Shown piece by piece: positions 20,972 to 30,006 of a DNA stretch of 45,924 nt (position 1 is its first letter; each line of letters opens with the position of its first letter). This DNA is from Desulfobacteria bacterium. Lineage in GTDB: Bacteria > Desulfobacterota > Desulfobacteria > Desulfobacterales > C00003060. A program made the translations under genes and the position numbers. The stretch lies in assembly GCA_030145395.1 (NCBI GenBank), contig JAQYVR010000239.1:1-45924 (forward strand), in the 5' to 3' direction. Under the pieces are notes generated by a model that searched no databases, was not told where the DNA came from, and was given only the letters and a program-made list of their open reading frames with translations.

Positions 20972-21075
20972 CTTCTGCCTCTATTATCCCTGAGCCTTAA
21001 AACCGCTACAACTGGTGGGTATTATCGCATACTCAATACCCCAGGCGTGTTGTTTATGCAACGTTAGGGTAATTG

Positions 21076-21324
21076 GAAGCCATTGCAAAACCTCAGATCG
21101 CGTTCGAGGGCAAGGCGAAAGCCGATGAAAAAGCGCAGCATACACGGGAGTATGTGAGCATTTTGCATAAACCGCCAGACCGCCCATTGGCGGGATGGCC
21201 TTAAGTACAAAGCGAAGCGAGTACTTAAGGGCGCGATTAGGCGCTTAGATTTAAGTTTTGCGCAGCAAAACAACAGGTTTTCAACACAGCCATCGAGCGT
21301 TAGATGGGGTTTTGAACTGGCTTT
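21076..21324. mobile_element. MITE between ruvC and ruvA
   Basis: Imperfect TIR GAAGCCATTGCAAAACCTC / GGGGTTTTGAACTGGCTTT (15/19); core AAAAAGCGCAGCATACACG..AGTATGTGAGCATTTTG shared with 22711-22884. Confidence 0.65.
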
Positions 21325-21809
21325 TATGCATGCCTGAACATGCCCACCAGGGCGAGGGCTACGGCGTCAGATGCGTGTGACGGCGTAATGGGTGTATCTC
21401 TCTTCAAGAGATGTCTGACCGCCCTCTCCATCTGACTCTTTGTGGCATTGCCGTTTCCGGTCAGTATTCGCTTGACTTCCCGAACAGGGACCTCAATTGC
21501 CGCTATGCGGCACTGAGAACACGCCAGCAGTATTACCCCACACACCTTTCCGAGGGTAATGCCCGTTTTAGGGAATTGCTTGACGGAAAAGATGTCTTCG
21601 ATGACCATCAGGTCTGGTTTCTGGGAATTAAGGACGGAACAAAGCTCAGAAAAGATTTGTTGCAGCCTGTCAGGCAAGGTCTCGGCCTTTGAAGTTCGAA
21701 TCGTGCCGAAGGTATATTCTCTAATCCGGGAACCGGACCCTTGGACTATCCCATAACCTGTTGCGGCTAGGCCAGGATCTATTCCGATAACCGTGAGTGC
21801 TGGTTTCAA
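21324..21809 (-). CDS. ruvC: Crossover junction endodeoxyribonuclease RuvC
   Basis: IGIDPG, IED, VK..LTGNGNATK, HASDAVALA. Confidence 0.95.
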   Translation of the reverse strand: MKPALTVIGIDPGLAATGYGIVQGSGSRIREYTFGTIRTSKAETLPDRLQQIFSELCSVLNSQKPDLMVIEDIFSVKQFPKTGITLGKVCGVILLACSQCRIAAIEVPVREVKRILTGNGNATKSQMERAVRHLLKRDTPITPSHASDAVALALVGMFRHA

Positions 21810-21827
21810 ACCCAGGTGCCGGCCCCG

Positions 21828-22655
21828 TCAATCTTTTAGTGTCTTCAATTTGTTCTTGGCGACATTAGCCTCGTTGGAATCCGGAAACTTTCGAATCAAT
21901 TCCTTTAAGATAAGCCCCGCATTCGCGTTGTCACCGAGATTAAGAAAGGCCAAACCTTGCTTAAGCAGGGCGCTGGGGGTCTTATTCCCCTTGGGGTAGC
22001 CTTCAATCACCTTTTGATATTCTAGTATGGCCTTTTCGTACCACTTCTCGTGATAGTAGATCTCCCCAAGCCAGAACTGCGCACCGTCAGCCATTTCGGA
22101 CTTCGGATACTGTTTCAAAAAGGACCGAAACAACTCTCGAGCATTCTCATACTCACCCCTGTCAAAGCGTTGTTTGGCCATGGAATAGAGGGCTTCCGGG
22201 GTTTCCTCTACTCCCTCGTCTCCCTTTTCAGGTTCATCCTGGTCCGCATCCGAAGCGACAAGGTTTTCTGAAGGCTCCATCCCTAAATATTGTTCTATCC
22301 GGACAAGTCGATCTATGGTGCTTTGCAGAGACTCTTCCAGGCCCTGTATGCGAGTCTCCAACTTACCGGCACCATATTGGCTTTGTTCAAACTCCCCACG
22401 AAGTTGTCCCATTTCGTCTCTGAGGTCATCTGCGAGCGCATGGAGCTCGGCATATCTGTCGCGATAGTCCTGATCAGACTTTGTCCGCTCTTCTTGATAA
22501 CGCTCAACTTCAGACCGAAGCGATGCCTTCTCCCGCTCCAAGGATATCACTCGGTCATTGACCGTTACGAGATCGTCTTGGAAGGCGCAGCCGCCTGATA
22601 AGATGAGCCCAAATACTACAAGGGCCATCCACGATACACCTATCTTGTTGCTCAT
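21828..22655 (-). CDS. cpoB: Tol-Pal system protein CpoB/YbgF
   Basis: Lipobox SGG-C, coiled coil, TPRs (AQFWLGE, ALLKQG); follows pal. Confidence 0.92.
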   Translation of the reverse strand: MSNKIGVSWMALVVFGLILSGGCAFQDDLVTVNDRVISLEREKASLRSEVERYQEERTKSDQDYRDRYAELHALADDLRDEMGQLRGEFEQSQYGAGKLETRIQGLEESLQSTIDRLVRIEQYLGMEPSENLVASDADQDEPEKGDEGVEETPEALYSMAKQRFDRGEYENARELFRSFLKQYPKSEMADGAQFWLGEIYYHEKWYEKAILEYQKVIEGYPKGNKTPSALLKQGLAFLNLGDNANAGLILKELIRKFPDSNEANVAKNKLKTLKD

Positions 22656-22710
22656 TCCTTTAGACCCTTTGAAAATTGCAACTTGGCTAAGTTTAGGCAC
22701 GTTGAGCGAT

Positions 22711-22884
22711 TAAAACTCATCTCAAGAATGTGGATCAGGGTTCAGGGCAAGTCGTAGATCCCGAGCTTGCGGTCGGGGGCGCGGGACGGCGAAAAAGCGC
22801 AGCATACACGTCAGTATGTGAGCATTTTGAGCCGACACGCAACGCCGCCATGGGGACTCAGACGCATTTTTGAGACGAGTTTTA
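22711..22884. mobile_element. MITE between pal and cpoB
   Basis: TAAAACTCATCTCAAGAATG ... CATTTTTGAGACGAGTTTTA inverted termini (18/20), TA at both ends. Confidence 0.75.
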
Positions 22885-23010
22885 GAATCTTTGCTCCTGG
22901 CATAAAAAGGTCAGGTATCTTCTCTTGAGAGAAAAGCTGAAGCGAGACTTTTCCTCCGATCCTTTTCCTGAGAGATCAACGGGAAAGCCGATAATGATCT
23001 TACTAATAGT

Positions 23011-23556
23011 CTACTCTAGAACAAAATGAACTCGTCTATTCTTGGCCCATGCCTCATCATTGTTGGCTGGGTCAAGAGGTTTCTCCTCACCATAACTAAT
23101 GGTCGTCAGGCGTTGAGATGCAATCCCGACATTAACCAGAAAACTTTTGGTGCTACTAGCACGGCGATCGCCCAGGGCCATATTGTACTCACTGGTCCCG
23201 CGTTCATCACAATGGCCTTCAACAATGACTGAGGTGTTAGGGTGTGCCATCATCCATTTTGCCCTATCCCTAAGAATACGCTTGGCCTCAGGCAAGAGTC
23301 CTGACTTATCAAATTCGAAGTGGATATCTTCATTCTGGAACTTTTGCCTCGCAGCCATCTCTGCACGCTGCTCCCGCAAACGCTCCTCTTCCAAGGCCCT
23401 TGCTTGGGCGTCCCCTTCCAGACGTTTTGCCCCAGTGGACTCTGTCCCAGTCACCCCTGGCTCAGACTTAACCTGTTTCTTGGCACAGGAAGCTGTGAAT
23501 ATGAGCCCCGGAATCACCAACAAAAGCGCCAAACCTATCCAGAACCTTTTTGTCAT
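23011..23556 (-). CDS. pal: Peptidoglycan-associated lipoprotein Pal
   Basis: TAS-C lipobox, IHFEFDK, EGHCDERGT.EYN.ALG.RRA, SYGEEKP, KNRR; GGAGGAGG RBS. Confidence 0.97.
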   Translation of the reverse strand: MTKRFWIGLALLLVIPGLIFTASCAKKQVKSEPGVTGTESTGAKRLEGDAQARALEEERLREQRAEMAARQKFQNEDIHFEFDKSGLLPEAKRILRDRAKWMMAHPNTSVIVEGHCDERGTSEYNMALGDRRASSTKSFLVNVGIASQRLTTISYGEEKPLDPANNDEAWAKNRRVHFVLE

Positions 23557-23650
23557 AATCCTACCTCCTCCGAAGCAAAAGTTGATTGCTGAAACCTATT
23601 CCCAACGGAATGTCGTCCAAACGTGTTGGACCCGGGAAAACCGATTAATA

Positions 23651-23701
23651 TTGAAGAACCCCGCAGCAACCTGCGGGGAATGCGCTCGCTGTTGCGGTTC
23701 A
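23651..23701 (+). repeat. REP/IS605-end-like palindromic element
   Basis: TTGAAGAACCCCGCAG-CAAC-CTGCGGGGAATGCGCTCGCTGTTGCGGTTCA; related starts at 38069 (+) and 40261 (-). Confidence 0.55.
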
Positions 23702-23787
23702 CAACTCATCTATGCTCCTGAAATCTCATGGTTACTTGAAACCCGGGAAAAAGTCAAGTGCCCAAATTCCGGAATCTCCTCGAGATT

Positions 23788-25113
23788 TCAGTAACCAGTG
23801 AGCCTTGGCGACCAACTCGGGTTGGTCTGTTCACCATTAAGGATCAAGAGGCGACGCTGGTCAGTCCCGTTAGCATTCATCACATAGATCCTGGATGGCC
23901 CTTCCCTGTTCGAGCTGAAGGCAATGAGAGTCCCATCCGGAGACCACGTTGGCGATTCATTATTCCCGGCACCCTGGGTCAGTTGAATTGGGCCCTGTCC
24001 TTCCGCCCCTATAAGGTAGATATCAAACTGACCCTTGCTCAAACCCACGTAAGCTATGAAATTACCCCGGGGTGACCACTGGGGTGAGGTATTGTAGCGT
24101 CCTTCATAGGTAAGCCTACGGGCATTGCCGCCTGCGACGTTTTTTACGTAAATCTGGGGAGATCCGGATCGGTTTGAAACAAAGGCAAACTTTTTGCCAT
24201 CAGGCGACAATGTGGGGGCAACATCAATACCCCAATGTCGTGTCAATTTCCTCATGATCTTCCCGTTTCCGCTCAACAGATAGATCGATGGGTTGCCTTC
24301 ATGGGAAAGAGATGCCAAAAGTGCAAATTGTCCTGGAACCCAAGCCGGAGTAATACTTGTCGATCCCTTGAGACTGACAACCGTGCCCCGCTTTTCCTTG
24401 ATGTGTCTTATGAAAATATCCGGTTTTCCATGCCTGTAATCCGTATAAGCCAGCCACTTGCCATCTGAGGACCAGGCAGGAAACAGCGTAATCGTTCCGG
24501 TGTCTGTAAACCGCCTTGGATTGTATCCGTCGAAATCTGCAATGTAAATCTCCTTGGACCCTGTGGTGGTCGACACAAACCCAATCTGACTACTGAAAAT
24601 GCCGCGGTGGCCCGTCAGACGAAGGATCATTTCATCACAGAACCGATGGATAATTCGCCTCTTGTCCTCCTGTCGACCTGTGTATCGCTTGCCCATAATT
24701 AGACGGCCATCAAAGGCATCAAACAGCCGAAGTTCCATCTCAAGCAGGTCCCCGTTATACTTGAATCCGCACTTTATGAGGAGTTCGGCGCCGACGTCGG
24801 TCCAGTTCTTGAAATTTATTTCACGCTGCACTAGACCAGCTTCTTGGGGGTCTTCGAGAAAGCTTTCGCGATCCAGAATCTTGAAAAAACCGGTAAAGTC
24901 TGTTGATTCTGTCAGGAGTTCAGAAAGGGTTTTAGCAAGCTGACTGTGGGGCTGGCCTCCGCTCATGTCTTTGAAAATCGGGATGGCTGTTGGGATTTTC
25001 CTCAGATACGGGGCGTTAATATCGATATAGACCCTCGCCTGGCAAGGCCTATTCAAACAGACAACCAGTATAACAAAAAGTGCCAGAATTACAAATAGAT
25101 GTGATCTCTTCAA
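23788..25113 (-). CDS. tolB: Tol-Pal beta-propeller protein TolB
   Basis: TolB_N domain plus PD40 repeats (PAWSSDG, PTLSPDG, PQWSPRG, PTWSPDG). Confidence 0.95.
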   Translation of the reverse strand: MKRSHLFVILALFVILVVCLNRPCQARVYIDINAPYLRKIPTAIPIFKDMSGGQPHSQLAKTLSELLTESTDFTGFFKILDRESFLEDPQEAGLVQREINFKNWTDVGAELLIKCGFKYNGDLLEMELRLFDAFDGRLIMGKRYTGRQEDKRRIIHRFCDEMILRLTGHRGIFSSQIGFVSTTTGSKEIYIADFDGYNPRRFTDTGTITLFPAWSSDGKWLAYTDYRHGKPDIFIRHIKEKRGTVVSLKGSTSITPAWVPGQFALLASLSHEGNPSIYLLSGNGKIMRKLTRHWGIDVAPTLSPDGKKFAFVSNRSGSPQIYVKNVAGGNARRLTYEGRYNTSPQWSPRGNFIAYVGLSKGQFDIYLIGAEGQGPIQLTQGAGNNESPTWSPDGTLIAFSSNREGPSRIYVMNANGTDQRRLLILNGEQTNPSWSPRLTGY

Positions 25114-25191
25114 CGTTCTTCAACCCTCCAAAATATTAATGTACAGGAAGCATATACAAACGGGCTTTGAAACCAGTTCCCCAAAAAAAAA

Positions 25192-26034
25192 TCAGAATCC
25201 CCTCTGTAATTCAGAAAGGTTGAACCTGAAACCGACCTCATAAAAAGGCCCGCGATATCCTTCAGGAAGCGGGGGTAGTGGATCAGCCTTTTTCACAGCC
25301 TTAAAGACTGAATCGTCAAAATAGCTGTTGCCCGACCTCTTTTCAAACCAGACGTCCCTTATCTCGCCTCTCTTCATGATCTTCACTATTATGGTGGCTT
25401 CCAGGCCCGTGCGGCCCCTGGCCATCTCATTGGAAAAAGCCCAGTTTTTCTGTATCCGGTGCCAAATTTCTGCGTTGTAAATATCCAGAAGTTCCACCGT
25501 CTTCTTACTCGCTCCGCCTGAGGCCAACCCTCCCCTGATGATCACACCTTCCTGACTTTTGACTTCCTGTTCCAGTTTACCAATGGCCTCAAGCACGGAA
25601 CGGGGCCTTGATTTGGGGGCTTCTTTCTCGATTCTTGCAATAGCACTCTTGATTACCTTCGATGCATCATAGGTCTTTTTCTTGAGCGACCTTTTGACTT
25701 CCATCGGCTTTGGGGCCATAGACACTGGCTGCTCAGATACCTCTGCGGGCTTTACGGCCTTAATAGGTTCTTGCACTGCTTTTGGTGCTTTCTTCGGTCT
25801 TGCGGGAGGGGGTGCCTGATAAGAGGCTCTCTGTGACTTGGATACCGCTGGCGGGAGGCTTACCAAATCCACCTCAACTGAAGAAGGTATGTAGTCTCTA
25901 TCAAATCGCACCTGCGGCAGAAAGATAAAACCCGAGAAAAAAAGGACATGGCACAGTATGGAAAGGCCCGTCATCCCGACCCAGATTCGGACTGTGACAC
26001 GGTCTTGGTCCAAAGCATCTGTACGGGCATGCAT
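25192..26034 (-). CDS. tolA: TolA/TonB-family energy transducer
   Basis: SILCH TM motif, Pro/Lys-rich linker, SGNSYFDDSV..AV..ADPLPPLP; lies between tolR and tolB. Confidence 0.85.
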   Translation of the reverse strand: MHARTDALDQDRVTVRIWVGMTGLSILCHVLFFSGFIFLPQVRFDRDYIPSSVEVDLVSLPPAVSKSQRASYQAPPPARPKKAPKAVQEPIKAVKPAEVSEQPVSMAPKPMEVKRSLKKKTYDASKVIKSAIARIEKEAPKSRPRSVLEAIGKLEQEVKSQEGVIIRGGLASGGASKKTVELLDIYNAEIWHRIQKNWAFSNEMARGRTGLEATIIVKIMKRGEIRDVWFEKRSGNSYFDDSVFKAVKKADPLPPLPEGYRGPFYEVGFRFNLSELQRGF

Positions 26035-26051
26035 GGGTTCAGTTCTTCATG

Positions 26052-26474
26052 CTATCGGCTCTTAGTTTTCTCTTTCAAAGGCTCGGTGACCATTCCCAGC
26101 CTTTCCACGCCAGCGTTCTTCACTTCTGACATAACTCGGACTACAACCCCGTATGGTACCCCCTTGTCCGCACGGAGGTAAACCTTCTCATCGGCACGGC
26201 CCTCATAGATCTTCTTTAGTTTGGCCTGGAGGGCCTCAATCTCTACCTTATAATCATTGATATAGATCTGCTGGCTGCGGTCGACAGTGATAATTAGATG
26301 TTCCTTTTCTGACGGAAGGGGCTTGGATGTGGTCTTAGGTAGTGACACATTGACTCCCTGCATCATCATGGGAGCCGTAACCATGAAAATGATAAGGAGT
26401 ACCAACATCACATCTACCAGCGGCGTTACGTTGATATCCGACATGAAAGGGCTGTTGCCTTGTTCCATAGCCAT
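26052..26474 (-). CDS. tolR: TolR
   Basis: INVTPLVDVMLVLLIIFMVTAP, LRADKGVPYG. Confidence 0.95.
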   Translation of the reverse strand: MAMEQGNSPFMSDINVTPLVDVMLVLLIIFMVTAPMMMQGVNVSLPKTTSKPLPSEKEHLIITVDRSQQIYINDYKVEIEALQAKLKKIYEGRADEKVYLRADKGVPYGVVVRVMSEVKNAGVERLGMVTEPLKEKTKSR

Positions 26475-26478
26475 GAAC

Positions 26479-27204
26479 CTATGCCCCCCCTCGCCTTATC
26501 AGATCACGTTCTATGAGATTCAAGAAGTCAGCAGAAAAATTGTGCATTTCCGACTCCAGAACACGAACCTTATTTGTGAAATAATTATATGCCACAACCG
26601 CCGGTATTGCGGCAGCCAGTCCCGCAGCTGTGGCAATGAGAGCCTCTGAAATTCCCGGGGCCACAACGGCCAAGTTTGCAGAACCCTTCAAGCCAATTCC
26701 GGTAAAGGCGTTCATGATCCCCCAAACAGTGCCGAAAAGACCTATGAAAGGTGTTGTATTCCCAGTGGTTGCCAAAAAAGGGAGCGCCTTGCCCAGTCCG
26801 GTGAGTTCCATGTTCACAGCCCGCCGAAGCGCCCGTTTAACGTTGTCAACCCCAACCATCTTTTGACTCAGCGAAGCCTGGCCTGTCACCTCACCACCTG
26901 TGGAAGATGATTGCGAGCTATTGACCTTTTTGAGCTCAACATAAGCCACACGAAACACTTTCGCTAAGGGACTCCTCCTGAAACGCTTTGAGGATGTAAA
27001 CGCCTCAGAAAGATCACGGCTGTTCCAGAAGAGATCAAGAAACTGGGCCGATTCTTTGCGTGCCTTCCTAATAGAGAAATGCTTTGCGAAGATGATGGCC
27101 CAGGACATTACCGAGAAGAACAACAAAAGCAACAGGACAAACCGCACCATGGGGCCTGCGTAAAGAATCATCTGGATGATTTCACTGCTGGTCGCGACTT
27201 GCAT
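26479..27204 (-). CDS. tolQ: TolQ
   Basis: TPFIGLFGTVWGIM, VAPGISEALIATAAGL..AIPA. Confidence 0.95.
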   Translation of the reverse strand: MQVATSSEIIQMILYAGPMVRFVLLLLLFFSVMSWAIIFAKHFSIRKARKESAQFLDLFWNSRDLSEAFTSSKRFRRSPLAKVFRVAYVELKKVNSSQSSSTGGEVTGQASLSQKMVGVDNVKRALRRAVNMELTGLGKALPFLATTGNTTPFIGLFGTVWGIMNAFTGIGLKGSANLAVVAPGISEALIATAAGLAAAIPAVVAYNYFTNKVRVLESEMHNFSADFLNLIERDLIRRGGA

Positions 27205-27493
27205 GGCACTCCTCTCGAACATATTGCGAAATATGCAATTTTGAGCGGAAGTTATATGAGGCACATAAGGGTGTCAAGTCATTTTCGGGTTGCCTTCGTA
27301 GCGCCAATTGTATAAATGTAGGCCTTACGAAAAAGGCTCTCGGGTTGTAACGGAGCATGGGGAGAGTCACAGCGCTACGGTCAAAACAACCAGGCTCAAG
27401 CGCCATCAGCTTTTACTTGATCGCAATAGAAATGACGCGATAAGGACATCAAATAATTACTGATAAACCTTTTACAAAAGAACGATAGACATT

Positions 27494-28057
27494 ATGAAAG
27501 CCATAGCAAATCTGCTCTTTGAGGCAAGGATTCTGAAAAACATCCCCAGATCCGGGTTTCACTTCTTGGGATCTGGTAGCGAGTCAGTAGCTGACCATAG
27601 CTTCGTTGCTAGTTTCATCGGATTCGTCTTCTCACAAATCGTCCCTGAAGCGAACGCTCTCAAACTGCTGCAGATGTGCCTGATACATGACCTCACAGAG
27701 GCCAGAACAGGCGATCTCAACTATGTTCAAAAGAAATACCTTTCGGTGGACGAATCCCAGGCTATTGCGGATCTGACCGAGAACCTTCCCTTTGGTCAGG
27801 CGGTGGGTGATCTCATTGAAGAGTTTAATGCGGCAAAGACTCTGGAAGCCCAGCTTGCCCATGACGCAGACCAGTTAGCGCTCATCCTGGAACTAAAAGC
27901 CTTGCATGATACAGGCAGTAATGGGCCGGAGGGCTGGCTTCCGCATGTAGTGCATCGAATGAAAACCAGTGTTGGTAAATCGTTGGCAAAGGAAATTCTA
28001 AACACTGCTTCTGACGAATGGTGGTTTACAGAGAAGGCAGACGCGGATGACCTTTGA
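27494..28057 (+). CDS. HD-domain phosphohydrolase (YfbR/HDDC2-like)
   Basis: R.G, ESVADHS, IHDLTEARTGD, DADQL. Confidence 0.9.
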   Translation: MKAIANLLFEARILKNIPRSGFHFLGSGSESVADHSFVASFIGFVFSQIVPEANALKLLQMCLIHDLTEARTGDLNYVQKKYLSVDESQAIADLTENLPFGQAVGDLIEEFNAAKTLEAQLAHDADQLALILELKALHDTGSNGPEGWLPHVVHRMKTSVGKSLAKEILNTASDEWWFTEKADADDL

Positions 28058-29039
28058 ATCTATCATTGGGCAGGATCGCCCCATCCGGTTCTTGACCCAA
28101 ATGCTCCAAAAAGGGAGCATTCCTCACTCTTTGTTGTTCACAGGGATCGATGGAATCGGCAAACGAAAAACGGCGATAGCCCTGGGCATGGCCCTCAACT
28201 GCTTGAGCCCTGTGGGCGTGTCGGCTTGTGGAGAGTGTCTCTCCTGTCACAAGGTAATCTCTGGATCCCACCCGGATATGATCACCGTAAAACCAGCCGG
28301 TGTCTTTATCAAGATCGACCAAGTCCGGGATGTATCTAGGGAACTCAGATTTGCGCCCCTTGAGGGAAACAAACGGATCGTAATCATCAATGACGCCCAG
28401 GCGATGAATCTTCAAGCATCGAATGCTATTCTAAAGATCTTAGAAGAACCGCCCAGGCACACTATGCTGATTCTCACGGCAACCCAAACAACGGACCTTC
28501 TGCCCACCATTGTCTCCAGGTGCCAGCAAGTAGCTTTCAAGCCGATTCCGTACGACAAGGTCGCTGAGGTGCTTGTGGATCTGCGCGGGCTGGAGATAGA
28601 AACAGCAACAACGCTTGCTGTGTTGACGAAGGGAAGTCTGGGCAAAGCCCTGTCAGTAGACGGAGAAGAGTGGACCGTTTGGCGCTCCAGCCTCCTTGAG
28701 CAAGTTTCATCCTTTTCGACGAGGTCGATTCAGCCTGTTTTCGCCTTCGCCGAAACCTTATCCGGTGATAAAGACAGGTTAGCCGATGCCTTGGACGTGC
28801 TTATGACCTGGTTCAGGGATGCTCTTATGTACAAAGTTTCACCTGAAAGAATCATTAATAAGGACTTAATGGACAAGATACAGCATGCCTCAAGGGGGCA
28901 ATCAATCAGTGAACTTTTGGGGAAGATAGAAGTTGTAAACTCGGCACAAGCCGCAATTTCCCGGAACTCAAATCCGCGGCTGGCCCTGGAGGTCATGATG
29001 ATGCGTCTCTGCTCAGGTCAAGAGACAGAAGTAGAGTGA
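28047..29039 (+). CDS. holB: DNA polymerase III subunit delta'
   Basis: CGECLSC, HPD, ILKILEEPP, TIVSRC. Confidence 0.95.
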   Translation: MTFESIIGQDRPIRFLTQMLQKGSIPHSLLFTGIDGIGKRKTAIALGMALNCLSPVGVSACGECLSCHKVISGSHPDMITVKPAGVFIKIDQVRDVSRELRFAPLEGNKRIVIINDAQAMNLQASNAILKILEEPPRHTMLILTATQTTDLLPTIVSRCQQVAFKPIPYDKVAEVLVDLRGLEIETATTLAVLTKGSLGKALSVDGEEWTVWRSSLLEQVSSFSTRSIQPVFAFAETLSGDKDRLADALDVLMTWFRDALMYKVSPERIINKDLMDKIQHASRGQSISELLGKIEVVNSAQAAISRNSNPRLALEVMMMRLCSGQETEVE

Positions 29040-29043
29040 GACA

Positions 29044-29184
29044 AAGTGCATAGAATGAGCTACAGTGAACTACAGTGCCTATCGTGCATAGAGTCAAAAG
29101 AACAACAAAAATCCTAACAAGAAGTCTTTTCAGGTCTTTAACCTTAACTCACTTTAGGCATTTCAGTTAACTTTAGACACTTTT
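29044..29184. repeat. Degenerate 9-mer tandem repeats in two complementary arms
   Basis: AAGTGCATAGAATGAGCTACAGTGAACTACAGTGCCTA... and ...AACTCACTTTAGGCATTTCAGTTAACTTTAGACACTTT. Confidence 0.55.
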
Positions 29185-29199
29185 TTTTGTGGAGATACC

Positions 29200-30006
29200 A
29201 TGGGCAAGACTGTCGCTGTAAGCGTGGAGCCAGGAGGCAGGATGTACCATTATGATGCCGGCCTTTTCGTCCTTTCATGCGGCAGTCGCGTGATTGTGGA
29301 AACCGAGAACGGTTTGGAGTTCGGTACGGTAACTACTCCTCCCAGATCCGCCAGCGAAGGGGAATCAGATATCCGTCTGAAGAAAGTCTATCGATTGGCA
29401 AATGATGCAGATATCGCCAAGCACAGGAAGAATGTTGAGTTGGAGAAGGAATCTCACGCATACTGCATAAAATGCATCGATGAATTGGGGCTTGAAATGA
29501 ACCTGGTTTCTGTAAGAAGCCAGTTCGACGGAAGCAAGCTGACTTTTTATTTCACAGCCGATGGGCGTGTCGATTTTCGAGAATTGGTAAAGATGCTAAC
29601 CAAGGCCTACCGCATGCGTATTGAATTGCGCCAAATCGGAGTGCGCAATCGAGCCAAGATTTGCGGCGGCATGGGAAGATGTGGAAATCAGCTTTGCTGT
29701 TCTGCCTTTATGAATGACTTTGAACCAGTATCAATCCGAATGGCAAAAGAGCAAGGTCTCTTACTGAATCCCACCAAGATCTCAGGGTTGTGTGGCAGGC
29801 TGATGTGCTGCTTGGCATTCGAACATAAGACTTACTGCGACCTTAAAGGCAAGTTCCCCAAATCCGGAAAGCGTGTCCGCACAAAAAAGGGAAACGGAAA
29901 GGTCGTGAGGCAAAACGTATTAAAGGAATCAATTACTATCAAGACGGACGATGGAGATGAGGTTGACGTGGGTATAGACCAGATAATCGAGGAGACAGCG
30001 GCGTGA
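29200..30006 (+). CDS. PSP1-domain protein (RicT/YaaT family)
   Basis: FYFTADGRVDFRELVK, RIELRQIGVR, CG..LCC, KISGLCGRLMCCL. Confidence 0.93.
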   Translation: MGKTVAVSVEPGGRMYHYDAGLFVLSCGSRVIVETENGLEFGTVTTPPRSASEGESDIRLKKVYRLANDADIAKHRKNVELEKESHAYCIKCIDELGLEMNLVSVRSQFDGSKLTFYFTADGRVDFRELVKMLTKAYRMRIELRQIGVRNRAKICGGMGRCGNQLCCSAFMNDFEPVSIRMAKEQGLLLNPTKISGLCGRLMCCLAFEHKTYCDLKGKFPKSGKRVRTKKGNGKVVRQNVLKESITIKTDDGDEVDVGIDQIIEETAA

